Shown: positions 1 through 10,164 of the stretch, in pieces
How positions within the stretch are numbered: position 1 is the stretch's first letter
How the letters are laid out: every line of letters begins with the position of its first letter
Assembly: GCA_021498095.1 (NCBI GenBank)
Contig: JAIZWK010000001.1
Coordinates: forward strand, 690,001 to 722,000
Length of the DNA: 32,000 nt
Direction: 5' to 3'
From: Candidatus Harpocratesius repetitus
GTDB lineage: Archaea > Asgardarchaeota > Lokiarchaeia > Sigyniarchaeales > Promethearchaeaceae
Position numbers and translations under genes: made by a program
Notes under the pieces: model-generated
What the model was told of the DNA's origin: nothing
The model's database searches: none
What the model saw: the letters and a program-made list of their open reading frames with translations, nothing else

Positions 1-39
1 TTTTTAATCACACAAAGAATTAATCTGGATCGATCTTCT

Positions 40-3000
40 ATGGAAAAAAAAAAAATAAAATTCATAATAATCATAATATTCATTCTTTCATTTGTTCCAA
101 TTTCATTCTATAAACTTAATTATTTTACTGATAGTAATATAACAGAGAATTCTTTTGATAAAATTGCTTATACATCAATCCAATCAACTATTTTAAAAGA
201 TCTTTTTCCTTCATCAATAACAGCACAAGAAAAAGACCAAGTTTTAATTGATCAAGATTTATCCAATTATGTTTTTATCATTTTTGATGAATCAGTAAAC
301 TTTGATCAACGAGATTCCCTTATTGAAAAGATTGATAGAAATGCTCAAATAAAATATAATTATAAATATATTCCTGTAGTATCAGTTAAATTTTCTCAAG
401 ATATCAACAAAATATACCTAAATAATCAAAATTCTTTTTATGGAATAAAAAAAATAACTAAAATTCATAAAACACAATTTGAGGAATATAATGATTTAAG
501 TAGTTTAAACAAAAATCAAACGAAAATTCTTGATGATCAGGTGAATTTAAATGAACTTTTGGAAAATTGGTGGTTAAATGCAATAGGTGTTGATAATGTT
601 CCATATACAGGGAAAGGAGTAAAAATTGCAATCATAGATACTGGAATTTCAGTTCATCCTGATTTCTTTGAAAATGGAAATCCCAAATTTTCACGAATAG
701 TTGCTAATGTCAATTTTAGCAGTGAAACAGGGGTTTTAGAAAAAAATTATTATTTTGATGATTATGGTCATGGAACTCATGTTGCAGGAATTGCTGCTGG
801 AAGTGGATATCTTTCAAATGGCGAATATTGTGGCGTTGCCCCTCAGGCTCTTCTTTACAATGCAAAAATTTCAAATTCTTCTGGATTTATTCAAGAAGAT
901 GATGTAGTCGCAGCAATTGAATGGTGCATAGATGAGCAAGTAGATATTATGAGTATGAGTTTTGGAGATATAAATCCCGAAGTTTGGACCGTTCAGACTC
1001 TTGCAATTCAAAAGGCGGTAAAAAATGGAATTCTCGCATTTTCTTCAGCTGGTAATAGTGGTCCTGGTTTTTTTACTTCTGGGACTCCTGCAAGTGGATT
1101 ATACTCAATAGCTGTTGGAGCTACAGATAAAAACAATCAAGTATCTTACTTTAGTAGTTGGGGTCCAACATTTTCTAATCAATTAAATCCTGAAATTTGT
1201 GCTCCTGGGGTTGATATTGTTGCTCCTTTATCAAAATCATCTATTTTAGATCTTGAATTCTCAATTAGAGATAAAATTGTTGGTTTGTCTTCAAATTTTG
1301 GTTATATCCCATTATCTGGAACAAGTATGGCCAGTCCAATGGCTGCTGGTGCTGCTGCTCTTTTAATCGAAGCTTTTCCTGAGGCTTCTCCTGAGACTAT
1401 AAGAAACGCCTTGATTTTGGGAGCATCTTCTTTAGAAACTAAGACTCTTGAGGGTGAGATGGTGAGAGATGGTGCTGGATTAATCAATGTAAGTAAGTCT
1501 TTACAAATTTTAAATGAATGGAATTCTTCTATCGATGGAGTCAATAATAATGCTCGTTTATTTCCTCGGATTTTTCCATATTCTCCATTTGATTTTTTTA
1601 AATATCCAGGAGAAGCGGTACTTTTAAATTATACCCTAATTATGGGTTCAGCTAAATCAATAGAATTGGAGCTTCCCCATATTTCTGGAATTAATTTCAG
1701 TATTCTTTCAGATGTTTCTTCACTTCATGAAAAAGTTATAACTATCCCAATTTATGCAAGAATTCTATATAATGCGACTCCTGGTACTTATTTTGGGAAT
1801 TTTACAATTAAGAACTCTGAATCTGGAATGATTTTAGATCAGATCTTTTTCAATATTTCTGTTGAAATTCCCAAAGCTAAGATTTTTTTTGATTCATACC
1901 ACGGATTGAATGATTTTTTTCCTAATAATATTAGCACATATTCCCAAATAGATTTGTATCACCTATTTTATTCATTATATTCCCAAGGATTTCAAGTAAT
2001 TTTCAATATGGAACATTGGACTCCTTTCTATAATGCATCTAAAGATTCTCCAATTCTATCGAGTGAAATTCTAAGTAATATCGATATTTTAGTCTTACAG
2101 AGACCTGTTATCCCTTTCAGCTCGTATGAAATTAAAGAGATATCAAATTTCTATAGAAAAGGTGGATCAATCTTATTTTTAGGAACAGTAAACAATTTAA
2201 TGTGCTCCGATTCTATAAATTTACTCTTTCAAACACTAGGAATTAATGTCAGTTTGGGAGAAAACATGATAAATCTTAAAAATTACGGCTTCTTCTCGCA
2301 AGCAATTAATTTTAACAATATCAGTATCAATAAAGATTCATCCATTTTTTCAAATATTTCAGAGTTTTATTATGGATTTGGAACGACTTTTCTCAATCAA
2401 TCAAATTTAACTCCTTTAGTTGAAGTAAATGGAAAAAATGTTGCAGTAGAAACAGAATCAATAAATTCATCAGGAAAATGTATTCTTTTTGGTGATTATC
2501 ATTTTTTAACGACTTCAATATTTACGTCAGATTTATATTATTCTAATTTTTCTTTATTAGCAGAAAATCTTTTTGATTATTTGATACCGAATCGAAGTAT
2601 TCAGGTAGATTTTGCATTTAAACAGCAAAATCGCGCCAATGTTGAAATTGTCCCAATTAAATTTTATATTGTTAATTCCACTTCTAGAGAGATTCTATCC
2701 AATTTCTCTATTGGACATTCTTTAAATTGCTCTCTGATATATCCAAACGGAACAGAAATATCGTTAATTCCAATTAAGGACTCTTCCAACTTTGGGTATA
2801 TGGTGTCAATTTCGTTAAATAATTTGAATTATAGTAAAAATCCTCTTATCATTAAAATTAAAATACTCGTAAATGACCGAATTTATGAAGATCAATATTA
2901 TTATATTTATGAAACTCCCAATTTCATATCATCTTATAAAATTTTAAGTTCAATTAAAAATATTGATCGAATATATTCACAATTTACTAGTTTTTCAATT

Positions 3001-3849
3001 AATTCTACAGATTTGATTGGAAAAGCTAATATGCGCGCAATTATTTTTCCCAATTCTTATTTCTCAAAAAATAATCTAATTGAGCTTTTTTCAAATATAA
3101 CAGAAAATGGGACAAAATCATTGATTTCATTTTATTTTAATAAATTAGAAACCGCTGGAAAAATAATTCTAACACCAAATTATGATATAAATGATACAAT
3201 TGATCGAATTGATTTATTTCCAAATCGAATTATGTTTAATTTAATTGATTATCTTCCAGAAATAATGCCAAAATCATCATATATTGGAGATATTCGATTT
3301 AATGATATTTCTGATGGAAAATATGTATCTCCAGTTCAAATAGCAATTGGACAAGAAATTCCTTTAAAAGTGGTTATAAAAGATGATGATGATTCTATAA
3401 TTAATAGAGATAATTTTGTTGTTACATGTTCAATATTTCCAGGAATTATATATCATGGAATTTTTAATCCTATGTTTCCTTCAGAGATATGGCAATATAA
3501 TTTATTTTTTGATCATTCAATAGATGCTTACTTTGGAAATATACTTGTTAATTCAGAATATAAATTTTCTTCAATAAACAAGATAGAAAAATATACGACT
3601 GAATCTGATTATTATGTATTCTATACTATGGCTTTAATTTCAATAATAGATCCTAGTGGAGGGATTAATTATTATCCCCTCTTTCTTATTCCTTACAATA
3701 AACCGATTGAGTTAACTAATTATTCCCCAGTTATTCTTTTATATGGGATTGTTGGAGTAATAATTATTGGAATACAGAAGAAATCATTTATTTTAGAAAA
3801 AATTATGAAAAAATCAAAAAAAAATCAATTACCAAGAAGAGAGAGATAA
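40..3849 (+). CDS. Membrane-anchored S8 (subtilisin-like) serine protease with a C-terminal GIFT/DUF4350-like domain
   Basis: Complete catalytic triad motifs AIIDTG (Asp), HGTHVAG (His) and GTSMASP (Ser), plus oxyanion motif SAGNSG. N-terminal signal/TM segment and a likely propeptide. KIFFDSYH...IDILVLQRP...FYRKGGSILFLG resembles a GIFT-type flavodoxin-like fold. C-terminal TM (VILLYGIVGVIIIGI) followed by a basic tail. Confidence 0.9.
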   Translation: MEKKKIKFIIIIIFILSFVPISFYKLNYFTDSNITENSFDKIAYTSIQSTILKDLFPSSITAQEKDQVLIDQDLSNYVFIIFDESVNFDQRDSLIEKIDRNAQIKYNYKYIPVVSVKFSQDINKIYLNNQNSFYGIKKITKIHKTQFEEYNDLSSLNKNQTKILDDQVNLNELLENWWLNAIGVDNVPYTGKGVKIAIIDTGISVHPDFFENGNPKFSRIVANVNFSSETGVLEKNYYFDDYGHGTHVAGIAAGSGYLSNGEYCGVAPQALLYNAKISNSSGFIQEDDVVAAIEWCIDEQVDIMSMSFGDINPEVWTVQTLAIQKAVKNGILAFSSAGNSGPGFFTSGTPASGLYSIAVGATDKNNQVSYFSSWGPTFSNQLNPEICAPGVDIVAPLSKSSILDLEFSIRDKIVGLSSNFGYIPLSGTSMASPMAAGAAALLIEAFPEASPETIRNALILGASSLETKTLEGEMVRDGAGLINVSKSLQILNEWNSSIDGVNNNARLFPRIFPYSPFDFFKYPGEAVLLNYTLIMGSAKSIELELPHISGINFSILSDVSSLHEKVITIPIYARILYNATPGTYFGNFTIKNSESGMILDQIFFNISVEIPKAKIFFDSYHGLNDFFPNNISTYSQIDLYHLFYSLYSQGFQVIFNMEHWTPFYNASKDSPILSSEILSNIDILVLQRPVIPFSSYEIKEISNFYRKGGSILFLGTVNNLMCSDSINLLFQTLGINVSLGENMINLKNYGFFSQAINFNNISINKDSSIFSNISEFYYGFGTTFLNQSNLTPLVEVNGKNVAVETESINSSGKCILFGDYHFLTTSIFTSDLYYSNFSLLAENLFDYLIPNRSIQVDFAFKQQNRANVEIVPIKFYIVNSTSREILSNFSIGHSLNCSLIYPNGTEISLIPIKDSSNFGYMVSISLNNLNYSKNPLIIKIKILVNDRIYEDQYYYIYETPNFISSYKILSSIKNIDRIYSQFTSFSINSTDLIGKANMRAIIFPNSYFSKNNLIELFSNITENGTKSLISFYFNKLETAGKIILTPNYDINDTIDRIDLFPNRIMFNLIDYLPEIMPKSSYIGDIRFNDISDGKYVSPVQIAIGQEIPLKVVIKDDDDSIINRDNFVVTCSIFPGIIYHGIFNPMFPSEIWQYNLFFDHSIDAYFGNILVNSEYKFSSINKIEKYTTESDYYVFYTMALISIIDPSGGINYYPLFLIPYNKPIELTNYSPVILLYGIVGVIIIGIQKKSFILEKIMKKSKKNQLPRRER

Positions 3850-3896
3850 TGCATTTCATTTTTTTTTTATGATTACTTAGAGATTTTGAGAAACTA

Positions 3897-4133
3897 ATGT
3901 CGAAATATGATAAATATAAGGATAATAATATTTTTCCTCATAAACATTGCCCAGTGTGTTTTAATATAGTACCTGAAGATGGGACTGAATTCGGTGAATA
4001 TTGTTCTGCTGAATGCGCAGAAACGAAAAAAATTGAAAAAAAGAGTAAAAGGAAACGTTATATTATAATGTTTTCATCCTATGGAATTATGATAGTTATT
4101 TTTGTGGTAATGATGATTCTATCAAATAAGTAA
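3897..4133 (+). CDS. DUF2116-like Zn-ribbon protein with C-terminal TM helix
   Basis: HKHCPVC...YCSAEC motif, a basic linker and a hydrophobic C-terminus, which is the typical archaeal DUF2116 layout. Confidence 0.75.
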   Translation: MSKYDKYKDNNIFPHKHCPVCFNIVPEDGTEFGEYCSAECAETKKIEKKSKRKRYIIMFSSYGIMIVIFVVMMILSNK

Positions 4134-4162
4134 TAAAAAAGATGAAATTAAGGTTATTTCTT

Positions 4163-5905
4163 TCATTTTTCTGATAAAACTGATTGAATTCGGTTTTTTA
4201 TCCAATTTATATCCATCATTGCCATTAAAGGACCCAATCTTGGGCCCTTCTTATTCCCTAAGAAAATTAAATAAAATGCTTGAAAAATTTTCATAGGTTT
4301 GACATTTAATTCTTCTTTAATATTTATCATGATATCTTTGATTTTTTCTTCAGTAAGTTCCTTTTCTTCTTGGATTTTTGAGAAAAATGTTTTAAGTATC
4401 ATGAATTGGTCTGAATTTAGTCGTGAAATTATTTCTGGGGTTATTTCTTCAATTATAGAAAATCGAATTATTTTCTGAGATAATTCTTTTTTAATTTGAG
4501 GATTTTTTTCATTTTCAATCAAAGCATTCATTTCTTGAATCCAATTTGATGCTTTTTTTAGTTGAATATTCAATGAATCAATATTAAAATCTTCAATTCC
4601 ATATTCTTTTAACAGATATTTTCTGGTTCTATTGATTATACCTTGTTCTTTCAAGATTGGTTTAAGTTGAGCAAGAATCGTTATAAAACGAAATGGAATT
4701 TGATATTTTAATGTTTTTGGAATTTCATTAGGAATTATAAGAGGATAAATATATTCTATTTCTCTTTTCTCACTTTCTGATGTAGGTTCTTCTAATCCAT
4801 AATAAATTCGTTCAATTCGTTGAAATTCATTGTAATACTGCTCCATTTCTTCAATTCGAATTGAAATGTGCTTGTTTGGATTTGTTTGATAGATTAACAT
4901 TCGGAGGATTTTCGCTTCTGCCATTTCAAGGAATTTTGAAGGAGTAAATACTATTCCTTTTGAAGTTTTCATATCACGATCCCCTAGTCGCAACCATTCA
5001 TAAGCAACTTTTATTGGTCCTTGATATCCATATACTTTTTGACAAAGTTCTAATCCAGTATCATAAGAACCTCCCGGAGTGCAGTGATCTTTTCCCGCTG
5101 GTTCGCAAATTGTATTAAAAATAGTCCATTTAGCAGGCCAATCTAATCGCCAATTCAATTTAACTAATCCACTTTCTATAGTGACTCTACCATTATATCC
5201 ACAACTGGGGCATTTATAGATGCATTCATCTGTTTGTTCTATATATTCTAATACCCTGTTAGGACTGATTGTTCCATCTTTTTGTTTCTTTTGTGTTGAT
5301 TGGCACTTTTCACAAATTACCATCGCCCCCATCCAAGTCTTTTGTTGCTTAATATAATCTTGCTTTTGCTCTGGCGACATTGATTTAGTTAAATATCTTG
5401 CTACAATTTCTTTGACTAATTCATTTTTTTTTAATCCAATTCTGATTTTTTCTTTCATTTCGGTTGTTTTATATAGATTATGTGTCCAAATAATTTCAGC
5501 ATTTATTCCCATCTCTTTAAATGTATCTTGTAGTTCATTTCCAAAGAATTCTGCATAACTCTGTGTGTCTTTTGGATTAAAAGGGTTTGGTATTAAAGCA
5601 AAGGGTTTCCCTAAATGCTTTTTTGCATAATCAGATGAAATGTATGATGGAAATCGTTTAGCTGCATCTAAACTATCAATAAACAATCTAAACTTAACAG
5701 GAAATCCTTTTTCAGAATAAATTCTCCGAATTGCTTCACAAATTAGTAATTCACGCATAATCCCCATATGAATATGTCCACTGGGTGTTTTTCCTGTTGC
5801 CAAGTTAACTTCTTTCGGATTTCTTGATCCAATTTCTTTTATAATTGATTCAAGCCAATGATCTGGAAAATGAGTTTGGCTTTTAACTTCATTAGTCTGA
5901 TCCAT
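4163..5905 (-). CDS. lysS: Lysine--tRNA ligase, class I
   Basis: TGKTPSGHIHMG (HIGH-like), KLNWRLDWPAKW, EPAGKDH, DMKTSKG (KMSKS-like), two CxxC pairs and C-terminal KKGPRLGP. Confidence 0.95.
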   Translation of the reverse strand: MDQTNEVKSQTHFPDHWLESIIKEIGSRNPKEVNLATGKTPSGHIHMGIMRELLICEAIRRIYSEKGFPVKFRLFIDSLDAAKRFPSYISSDYAKKHLGKPFALIPNPFNPKDTQSYAEFFGNELQDTFKEMGINAEIIWTHNLYKTTEMKEKIRIGLKKNELVKEIVARYLTKSMSPEQKQDYIKQQKTWMGAMVICEKCQSTQKKQKDGTISPNRVLEYIEQTDECIYKCPSCGYNGRVTIESGLVKLNWRLDWPAKWTIFNTICEPAGKDHCTPGGSYDTGLELCQKVYGYQGPIKVAYEWLRLGDRDMKTSKGIVFTPSKFLEMAEAKILRMLIYQTNPNKHISIRIEEMEQYYNEFQRIERIYYGLEEPTSESEKREIEYIYPLIIPNEIPKTLKYQIPFRFITILAQLKPILKEQGIINRTRKYLLKEYGIEDFNIDSLNIQLKKASNWIQEMNALIENEKNPQIKKELSQKIIRFSIIEEITPEIISRLNSDQFMILKTFFSKIQEEKELTEEKIKDIMINIKEELNVKPMKIFQAFYLIFLGNKKGPRLGPLMAMMDINWIKNRIQSVLSEK

Positions 5906-6008
5906 TTCGCTTCAATTAGAAAAATAATTACATGATTATGAATTTTGCCAATTATTATAAAAACAAAAAAGATAAGAGTTAAGTCAAATTTCTTATAATG
6001 ACAAGAAA

Positions 6009-7832
6009 ATGCGAATTGCTGTGATTAACCGCGATAGTTGTAAGCCTAACGATTGTGCTTCAGGGCCAAATAAACCATGTATTAAATATTGTCCACGAAA
6101 TCGCACCGGTGATGAAACGATAAAACTTTGGGATGATGGATTTCCTCATGTAAATCCATTATTATGTTCTGGATGTGGAATTTGTGTCAAAAAATGTCCT
6201 TTTCACTGTTATACAATAATAAATATTCCAGAAAAGTTAGAAACAGAAGTTGTTCACAAGTATTCACCAGATGGTTTCAGTTTATTTCGAATGTTATTAC
6301 CAACAAAAGGAAGAGTTCTAGGAGTAGTCGGTCAAAATGGAATAGGCAAATCTACTGCTCTAAAAATCCTTTCTGGATCATTAAAGATGAATTTGGGAAA
6401 ATTTGGTAAAGAGCAGCCCGAATGGGATGAAATCATTTCAAATTTTAAAGGTTCAATCCTCCAAGAATATTTAACATTGCTAAGAGATAAGAAAATAAGG
6501 ATTATTCATAAACCACAAGAAATCACAGATATTCCAAAATTTGTTAATGGTAAAGTAATTGATATATTAAAGAAGATTAATGATTCTCCTAAAATAGAAG
6601 TTCTTTCTAAAGAATTAGATTTAGATCTTTTACTTAATCGAGATATTAGTGTATTAAGTGGTGGAGAATTACAAAGGGTTGCCATTGCTGCAGCTTTATT
6701 ACGCGATGGTGAATGCTATCTTATCGATGAGCCATCATCCTATTTAGATGTGTCTCAAAGGTTAAGAATGGCAAGATTAATTCGAAAACTCCCTCAAGAC
6801 TCTAAAAGAGTAATTGTAATTGAACATGATTTGGCTATTCTCGATTTTTTAAGTGATCAAGTTTGCCTTTTATACGGAGAACCTGGTGCTTATGGTATTA
6901 TTTCAAATGTAGCTGGAGTTCGAGTTGGAATAAATACATTTTTGAATGGATATATTAAAAGTGAAAATATGCGATTTCGAGAAGAACCTATCCAATTTCA
7001 TGATAGACCTCCAGCTGATACATTATTTTATGCTTCAAAAGTAGTATGTGAATATAATGACATGGAAACACAACTTGGTGACTTTCATTTAAGAATTAGT
7101 GCTGGAGAAATTCATGCAGGTGAAGTAATTGGTATTTTAGGTCCAAATGGAAGTGGAAAAAGTACTTTTATAAATTTGATTGCAGGTATAATTCAACCCA
7201 CCAAAGGAAAAACCTTGCAAACAGAAGAATTAAAAATAGCGGTTAAATCTCAGTATATTGAATATGATCCAGAAAAACCAGTATTTGATATCATTCAAAA
7301 AATTAAAGGTTCTCCACATTTTGATATTCAGTATAAAAAACGAATATTACGAGGTTTAAAAATTGAGACTCTAGAAAATCGAACAATTGAAGAGCTTTCA
7401 GGAGGAGAATTACAAAGAGTAGCAATTGCTGATTGTCTAACTGAAGAAGCTGATCTTTATCTTATTGATGAACCTTCTGCATTTCTGGATGTTGAAATGA
7501 GGCTTGCAATGGCTATAATTATTCGTAAATCCATAGAAAGTAATAAAAAAGCCGCTTTCGTTGTTGAACATGATATCATTACTCAAGATTTTATCAGTGA
7601 TTCTCTAATTGTCTTTAAAGGTGAACCTGGTAGTAACTGTTTTTGTACTCCCCCGCAAGATTTAAGATCTGGTATGAATGATTTTCTGAAAATGATGAAC
7701 ATCACATTTAGACGAGATTTATCAACCGGACGACCTAGAGTAAATAAACTTGGATCAAATATTGATAAAATGCAAAGAAAAATTGGTGAATACTACTATA
7801 TTCCGACAAAAGATGAAGAACCATATTTATAA
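6009..7832 (+). CDS. abcE1: ABCE1/RLI ribosome-recycling ATPase
   Basis: N-terminal double Fe-S domain (C..C..C..CP; CSGCGICVKKCP), two Walker A motifs (GQNGIGKS, GPNGSGKS), two LSGGELQR signatures, DEPS Walker B motifs and C-terminal RPRVNK...GEYYY. Confidence 0.97.
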   Translation: MRIAVINRDSCKPNDCASGPNKPCIKYCPRNRTGDETIKLWDDGFPHVNPLLCSGCGICVKKCPFHCYTIINIPEKLETEVVHKYSPDGFSLFRMLLPTKGRVLGVVGQNGIGKSTALKILSGSLKMNLGKFGKEQPEWDEIISNFKGSILQEYLTLLRDKKIRIIHKPQEITDIPKFVNGKVIDILKKINDSPKIEVLSKELDLDLLLNRDISVLSGGELQRVAIAAALLRDGECYLIDEPSSYLDVSQRLRMARLIRKLPQDSKRVIVIEHDLAILDFLSDQVCLLYGEPGAYGIISNVAGVRVGINTFLNGYIKSENMRFREEPIQFHDRPPADTLFYASKVVCEYNDMETQLGDFHLRISAGEIHAGEVIGILGPNGSGKSTFINLIAGIIQPTKGKTLQTEELKIAVKSQYIEYDPEKPVFDIIQKIKGSPHFDIQYKKRILRGLKIETLENRTIEELSGGELQRVAIADCLTEEADLYLIDEPSAFLDVEMRLAMAIIIRKSIESNKKAAFVVEHDIITQDFISDSLIVFKGEPGSNCFCTPPQDLRSGMNDFLKMMNITFRRDLSTGRPRVNKLGSNIDKMQRKIGEYYYIPTKDEEPYL

Positions 7833-8024
7833 TAAATCAAATTTATAAATTTAGACTTCAAGATACAATTGTAGCAAGATATTTTTTAAAAAATCCTTTT
7901 TTAACTTCATATTATTTAAATTTATCGACATTAATCGAAAAATTTAACTTTTATTTTCAATTCTCTAAGTTAGATGCAAGATATTTTTGTATCTATTAGA
8001 ATATAATTATTGAGTGTGAACTAA

Positions 8025-9050
8025 ATGGGACATAGAAGGCAATCCGCCCCTCGACATGGATCTTTAGCATATCTGCCAAGAAAACGAGCAAGATATGGAA
8101 AGGGACGTGTCCGTCACTGGCTTCCCTATAATGATAAGGAAGTTAGATTTCAAGGATTCGCTGGATTTAAAGCAGGAATGACACATGTTGCATATATAGA
8201 AGATCAAGAACATAGCCCTTTCTTCGGTAAAGAATTAGTTAAAGCTGTAACTGTTCTTGAAACACCTCCACTCGTTTTATTTGGAGTAAAAGTATATCAC
8301 CGAGATGAATATGGATTAAATGCTATAGGTGAATTATATGCAAAAGAGTTGAAACCTGAATTAGGTCGAAAAATCCAGATTCCAAATCCAGAAACCTATA
8401 ATTTCGAGGAAAAATTAAAAGATCTCGAGTCTAAAATTCAAGATCATGATGAAATTCGAGGATTATTCCATACTCAACCATGGAAATCTAGTGTTCCCCG
8501 AATAAAACCCGATATCCTTGAAATTAATGTGACTGGCGGCAATGGCAGTGCAAAAGCTCAATTTAATTTTGTGTTGGAGCGCTTAGGGCAGGAAATTAGA
8601 GTTCGAGATGTTATTGAAGAAGGTACTTTGATTGACACAATTGGTGTTAGTAAAGGAAAAGGATTTCAAGGTGCTGTTAAAAAATTTGGCATTAAATTAA
8701 TGTCTCGAAAGAATCGAAAAGGAAAGCGGAGAGTTGGATGTATTGGTCCATGGAAACCCCCAAAACTACTTTATACTATTGCTAGATCTGGTCAAATGGG
8801 ATATCACCAACGGGTAGAATATAATAAACGTATCCTAAAAATCTCTGAAGATAGTGATGAAATTAATCCTAAAGGTGGATTTATTCGATATGGTCTTGTA
8901 AAAAGTGATTATTTAATCATACTAGGTTCAGTTCCAGGTCCAAAGAAGCGGTTAATTAGATTGAGAGATTGCATGAGACCTCGAGAAAATTTCAAGGTTT
9001 CAGCACCGGAAATTACTTATATTAGCAAACTCAGTCAACAGGGGAAATAG
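8025..9050 (+). CDS. rpl3: 50S ribosomal protein L3 (uL3)
   Basis: PRHGSLAYLPRKRA, FAGFKAGMTH, SKGKGFQGAVKKFG and GQMGYHQRVEYNK motifs. Confidence 0.98.
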   Translation: MGHRRQSAPRHGSLAYLPRKRARYGKGRVRHWLPYNDKEVRFQGFAGFKAGMTHVAYIEDQEHSPFFGKELVKAVTVLETPPLVLFGVKVYHRDEYGLNAIGELYAKELKPELGRKIQIPNPETYNFEEKLKDLESKIQDHDEIRGLFHTQPWKSSVPRIKPDILEINVTGGNGSAKAQFNFVLERLGQEIRVRDVIEEGTLIDTIGVSKGKGFQGAVKKFGIKLMSRKNRKGKRRVGCIGPWKPPKLLYTIARSGQMGYHQRVEYNKRILKISEDSDEINPKGGFIRYGLVKSDYLIILGSVPGPKKRLIRLRDCMRPRENFKVSAPEITYISKLSQQGK

Positions 9051-9060
9051 GTGAAATAAA

Positions 9061-9858
9061 ATGGCAACAAAATCCAAATCTGTTAAAATTCTCGGTTTAG
9101 ATGGGACTGAAAAAGGAAATATTGAATTACCTGATGTTTTTAACCTTTTTCCAAGATTTGATCTCATCCAAAGAGCTGTAGTTGCTTCTGAATCCGCTCA
9201 AAAACAACCCCAAGGGCGCGATCCTTTAGCAGGAAAAAGAAATACTGCTGAAAGTTGGGGAACAGGTTATGCTTCAGCAAGAGTTCCTCGTTTAACGGGC
9301 TCTGGTTATCCTTCTTCGAGAAATGCGGCTTTTGCCCCTGGTGTTGTTGGGGGACGATTAGCACATCCTCCTCGAGCTGAAAAAGTAATTGCAAAAAGAA
9401 TTAATAAAAAAGAGAAAATTCTTTCTTTGCTTTCAGCTATTTCTGCTACTGGTAGAATTGACTTAATTAAAAACCGTGGTCATAAAATAAATGATGAAAT
9501 GGAATTTCCTTTAGTCGTTGATGACAAGCTCCAAACATTAAAGAAAACTACTCAAGTCATTGAAGTTTTTGATAATCTTGGATTAATTCCTGAAATTGAT
9601 CGTGTGAAAGAAGGGCGACAAATTCGAGCTGGAAAAGGAAAGAGACGTGGAAGAAAATACCGAAAGAAAGTAGGTCCTTTAATTGTAATTAAAGATGATT
9701 TTGGCATTTTTAAAGCGGCTCGAAATATTCCAGGAGTAGATGTAGTGAATATCAAGAATTTAAGCTGTAAGAATTTAGCACCAGGAACACATCCTGGGAG
9801 ATTAGTAATTTGGACTCAATCAGCTTTTCAGAATTTAAAAAAATTTGAGGTGAATTAA
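9061..9858 (+). CDS. rpl4: 50S ribosomal protein L4 (uL4)
   Basis: [25 protein letters not shown] and [14 protein letters not shown] motifs; GGTGA Shine-Dalgarno-like sequence upstream. Confidence 0.98.
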   Translation: MATKSKSVKILGLDGTEKGNIELPDVFNLFPRFDLIQRAVVASESAQKQPQGRDPLAGKRNTAESWGTGYASARVPRLTGSGYPSSRNAAFAPGVVGGRLAHPPRAEKVIAKRINKKEKILSLLSAISATGRIDLIKNRGHKINDEMEFPLVVDDKLQTLKKTTQVIEVFDNLGLIPEIDRVKEGRQIRAGKGKRRGRKYRKKVGPLIVIKDDFGIFKAARNIPGVDVVNIKNLSCKNLAPGTHPGRLVIWTQSAFQNLKKFEVN

Positions 9859-9860
9859 AA

Positions 9861-10127
9861 GTGGTTAACAACTATTTTACAATAATTAAGAAACCTTTGG
9901 TTACTGAAAATACATTTGATTTAATTGAAGATCAAAATAAAATTGTTTTTATTGTTGATAGAAAAGCTAATAAATATCAAATTAAGGAAGCAATTGAAAA
10001 ACTCTATAATGTTCAAGTTGCTAAGGTGAATACCTTAATAAATACCGAAGGAACAAAAAAAGCATTTGTTAAACTTCACCATGATTATTCTGCAGCTGAT
10101 TTAGCAATTAAATTAGGAATTTTCTAA
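9861..10127 (+). CDS. rpl23: 50S ribosomal protein L23 (uL23), GTG start
   Basis: [24 protein letters not shown] and KKAFVKL...AIKLGI motifs; canonical position after rpl3-rpl4. Confidence 0.97.
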   Translation: MVNNYFTIIKKPLVTENTFDLIEDQNKIVFIVDRKANKYQIKEAIEKLYNVQVAKVNTLINTEGTKKAFVKLHHDYSAADLAIKLGIF

Positions 10128-10164
10128 TTTTATTTTTTTGTTATTTTTTGTATAATTTTTTTTT
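10128..10164 (+). terminator. Oligo-T tracts after rpl23 (archaeal-type terminator); forms the intron 5' exon
   Basis: TTTTATTTTTTTGTTATTTTTTGTATAATTTTTTTTT immediately follows the rpl23 stop. Archaeal intrinsic terminators are U-tracts; the function here is inferred. Confidence 0.5.

Noticed and set aside
9040-9060. Amber read-through at the rpl3 stop (TAG GTG AAA TAA) as evidence of recoding
   Set aside because: The sequence is explained by the GGTGA Shine-Dalgarno of rpl4, and TAG ends several ordinary genes here.
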